Positions 61,577-64,000 of a DNA stretch of 64,000 nt are shown piece after piece (position 1 is the first letter of the stretch; the number at the start of each line of letters is the position of its first letter). Source of the stretch: Candidatus Woesearchaeota archaeon (GTDB taxonomy: Archaea > Nanobdellota > Nanobdellia > Woesearchaeales > GW2011-AR15); contig JAVZBY010000003.1 of the NCBI GenBank assembly GCA_038874655.1, positions 140,036 to 204,035 of the forward strand. The letters run 5' to 3'. The notes beneath the pieces are model-generated. The model saw only the letters and a program-made list of their open reading frames with translations. It had not been told where the DNA came from and made no database searches. The position numbers were made by a program, and so were the translations under genes.

Positions 61577-62896
61577 ATGTATGACATTGTCTTAGGAAGA
61601 AGTCCTAGTGATTTAAAAAAATATGGAACTAAAGGAACAATTTTACTAGGAAAACATTATGTACAAATGGGACAAACTGTTTCTTTATCCAATAATGTGT
61701 TATTAGATGTTGTAAGAAGCCATGTTGTTTTTGTCTGTGGTAAAAGAGGAGGCGGTAAATCTTTTACAATGGGGGTAATTGCAGAAGGAGTTTCTGATTT
61801 AGAGCCTGAAATCAAAGAAAATATTTCAGTTGTTATTTTAGATACAATGGGTATTTATTGGACTATGAAATATCCAAATCAAAAAGAAAGAGATTTATTA
61901 GAACAATGGGGTATAAAACCTAAAGGATTAGATGTTACTATATTTACACCAAAGGGTTTTTTTAAGGAATTTAAAGAAAAAGGTATTCCTGCTGATTTTC
62001 CTTTTTCAATAAAACCAAATGAATTAGATATCGAAGATTGGCAAATGACTTTAGGAATAGACAAAAATTCAGAAGAAGGCATATTAACTGAAAGAGCTAT
62101 TAACAAATTTAAAGAGAATAACCTTGATTTTGATTTAATAGACATAATCAAAGAAATTCAAAAAGATGAAAGATCTACTCAAAGAGCAAAAGACGCTGCG
62201 GAAAATAAATTTAGAAGTGCTATTAATTGGGGATTATTTGATAAAGAAGGCACAAAACTCAATGATCTTGTTAAAGGTGGTAGAGTTTCTATATTAGATG
62301 TAAGCGTTTATGCCACTATGCCTCGTGGTTGGGACATAAAGTCCTTAGTTATTGGCTTAGTTTCAAAAAAACTATTTCAACAAAGAATGCTAGCTAGAAG
62401 AGATGAAGAATTTAAAGCTGTACATGAGACCGTTCATTATTTTGGAGAGGAAGAACAAAAAAAGATGGAATATCCTATGGTTTGGCTTATAATTGATGAA
62501 GCACACGAATTTCTCCCTGTTGTGGGTGAAACACCTGCTTCAGCTCCATTAATAACAATTTTAAGAGAAGGTAGACAACCTGGAATTTCATTAGTTTTAG
62601 CAACACAACAACCTGGAAAAATACACACTGATGTAATGACACAATCTGACATAATAATAAGTCATATGATTACTGCAAAACCAGATATAGATGCTTTAGG
62701 GATGTTAATGCAATCATACATGAGAAAAGGCTTAGATAAATATTTAGATGAATTACCTAGAGAAAAAGGAGCAGCATTAGTTTTAGATGACAATAATGAA
62801 AGAATGTATCAAATTAGAGTTAGGCCAAGATTTACATGGCATGGTGGTGAAGCTCCTATTGCAATTCCAAGAGAAAAAAAAATATTTTCATTCTAA
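61577..62896 (+). CDS. HerA/DUF87-like P-loop ATPase
   Basis: GKRGGGKS Walker A, IIDEAHEF Walker B, REGRQPG, LATQQP. Confidence 0.88.
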   Translation: MYDIVLGRSPSDLKKYGTKGTILLGKHYVQMGQTVSLSNNVLLDVVRSHVVFVCGKRGGGKSFTMGVIAEGVSDLEPEIKENISVVILDTMGIYWTMKYPNQKERDLLEQWGIKPKGLDVTIFTPKGFFKEFKEKGIPADFPFSIKPNELDIEDWQMTLGIDKNSEEGILTERAINKFKENNLDFDLIDIIKEIQKDERSTQRAKDAAENKFRSAINWGLFDKEGTKLNDLVKGGRVSILDVSVYATMPRGWDIKSLVIGLVSKKLFQQRMLARRDEEFKAVHETVHYFGEEEQKKMEYPMVWLIIDEAHEFLPVVGETPASAPLITILREGRQPGISLVLATQQPGKIHTDVMTQSDIIISHMITAKPDIDALGMLMQSYMRKGLDKYLDELPREKGAALVLDDNNERMYQIRVRPRFTWHGGEAPIAIPREKKIFSF

Positions 62897-62985
62897 AAAA
62901 TAAACTTATTGAATATAAATTAAAAATTATTATGTATTAATTAAAAACCCATAAATATTAAATATAAAAAAAAAATCAATTAATT

Positions 62986-64000
62986 ATGCAAGAATTATCT
63001 TCATTAGATATTTATTTTTGGTTGAAAGAAAATAATATCGAAAATTCTAAAATAGAAAATATATATGGTACAGAAAAAGAAATAATATTACAATTATTTG
63101 TTCCAAAAAAAGAAAAAACATTTTTATACATAACAGATAAATTTTTATTTCTAAAAGATGATAAAGATGAAATAAAAGAAAGTTCAAAATTTGCCCTTTC
63201 TTTAAGAAAACACATTCTAAAAAACAGGATATTATCAATAAAACAAAAAGAATTTGAAAGAATCATAGAAATAAAGCTTGAATCTTTAGAAGGTATAAGA
63301 TATTTAATTATTGAATTTATCAAACCTGGAAATATTATATTATGCGATGAAAATTACATTATTAAATTAGCAAAAAACTATAAAGCCTTTGGTTCTAGAT
63401 TAATTAGGCCTGGAAATTTATACACATATCCAAAAAAAGAATTTAATCTATTAGATATAAATGAAAACGATTTTAAAAAAGTTTTTGAAAACAATAATTC
63501 AATTGTAATTAATTTGGCTGTTTCTCTTGGGTTAGGTGGAAAATATTCTGAAGAGGTGTGCTATAGAGCAGATATTGATAAAAATAAAACAGCTCCTGAG
63601 AAAAAAGAAATAAAAAAATTATATGAGATGATTCAAGAAATAAAAAAAATAAAAATTGATTCTTTTATCTATAAAGACCAAAGTAAAACAATTAATTTTA
63701 GTCCATTTGAACTTTTATCCTTAAAGTTATATAAAGAAAAAAAAGAAACATTTAATCAAGCTATACTGGAATATTATTATTCTAATTTAGAAAAAAACGA
63801 ATCAAAAATAGAAAAAGAAAAAAAGAAATTAGAAATAATTATTAAAAACCAAGAAGCACAAATAACAAGTTTATTAAAATCTTCAGAAGAAAACCAAAAA
63901 AAAGCTGAATTAATATATGAAAATTACGAATTAATTAACAACATTTTAAATGAAATAAAAAAAGCAATGGAAAAATATTCATTAAAGGAAATTAAAGAGA
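62986..64000 (+). CDS. NFACT/Rqc2 (NEMF-like ribosome quality control) protein, truncated by window end
   Basis: Not in ORF track because no stop is reached; MQELSSLDI..., F..SLRKHI, Q.EFERI, LI.EF...GNIIL.D, R.IRPG..Y.YP, LGLGG.YSEEVC.RA. Confidence 0.85.
   Translation, partial: MQELSSLDIYFWLKENNIENSKIENIYGTEKEIILQLFVPKKEKTFLYITDKFLFLKDDKDEIKESSKFALSLRKHILKNRILSIKQKEFERIIEIKLESLEGIRYLIIEFIKPGNIILCDENYIIKLAKNYKAFGSRLIRPGNLYTYPKKEFNLLDINENDFKKVFENNNSIVINLAVSLGLGGKYSEEVCYRADIDKNKTAPEKKEIKKLYEMIQEIKKIKIDSFIYKDQSKTINFSPFELLSLKLYKEKKETFNQAILEYYYSNLEKNESKIEKEKKKLEIIIKNQEAQITSLLKSSEENQKKAELIYENYELINNILNEIKKAMEKYSLKEIKE

Noticed and set aside
61577-62896. HerA-like ATPase as pilus assembly motor, HerA-NurA repair operon or defence system
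   Set aside because: Motifs are HerA/FtsK-like, not VirB11/PilB-like; no nurA, mre11, rad50, Sir2 or nuclease partner adjacent
63012-63323. Minus-strand ORFs 63012-63323 and 63047-63238
   Set aside because: Antisense shadows of the plus-strand NFACT gene starting at 62986

Overview
Very AT-rich, densely coded chromosomal segment of an archaeon. Gene content and style point to a DPANN lineage, most likely Woesearchaeota-like (inference from Rpo11, archaeal ValRS, the HMG-CoA synthase/thiolase/DUF35 trio, BHB-intron tRNAs, TATA boxes about 25-30 nt upstream of start codons, and many KK[G/A/S]Q pilin-type signal peptides). Main blocks: (1) a surface-structure region (1-20.5 kb) with a 1595-aa thrombospondin type 3 repeat protein, a ~1520-aa Cys-rich secreted protein carrying a dockerin-like domain, and an operon of five class III signal peptide (minor-pilin-like) genes whose last member ends in a cohesin-like domain; (2) three tRNAs, all with introns, one in the D-loop; (3) a copper-handling operon (CopZ, HMA-membrane protein, cupredoxin, unknown repeat protein, CopA) with an upstream palindrome and a membrane-tethered wHTH regulator; (4) uppP coupled to a membrane-anchored JAMM-motif protein; (5) glmM-glmU-glmS with a divergent ArsR-like regulator; (6) a complete clustered hybrid mevalonate pathway; (7) a HerA-like ATPase and an NFACT/Rqc2 gene cut by the window end. 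Best candidate for an undescribed system: cohesin-dockerin coupling of a giant adhesin to a type IV pilus-like tip. All domain calls are by eye from motifs; no searches were run.
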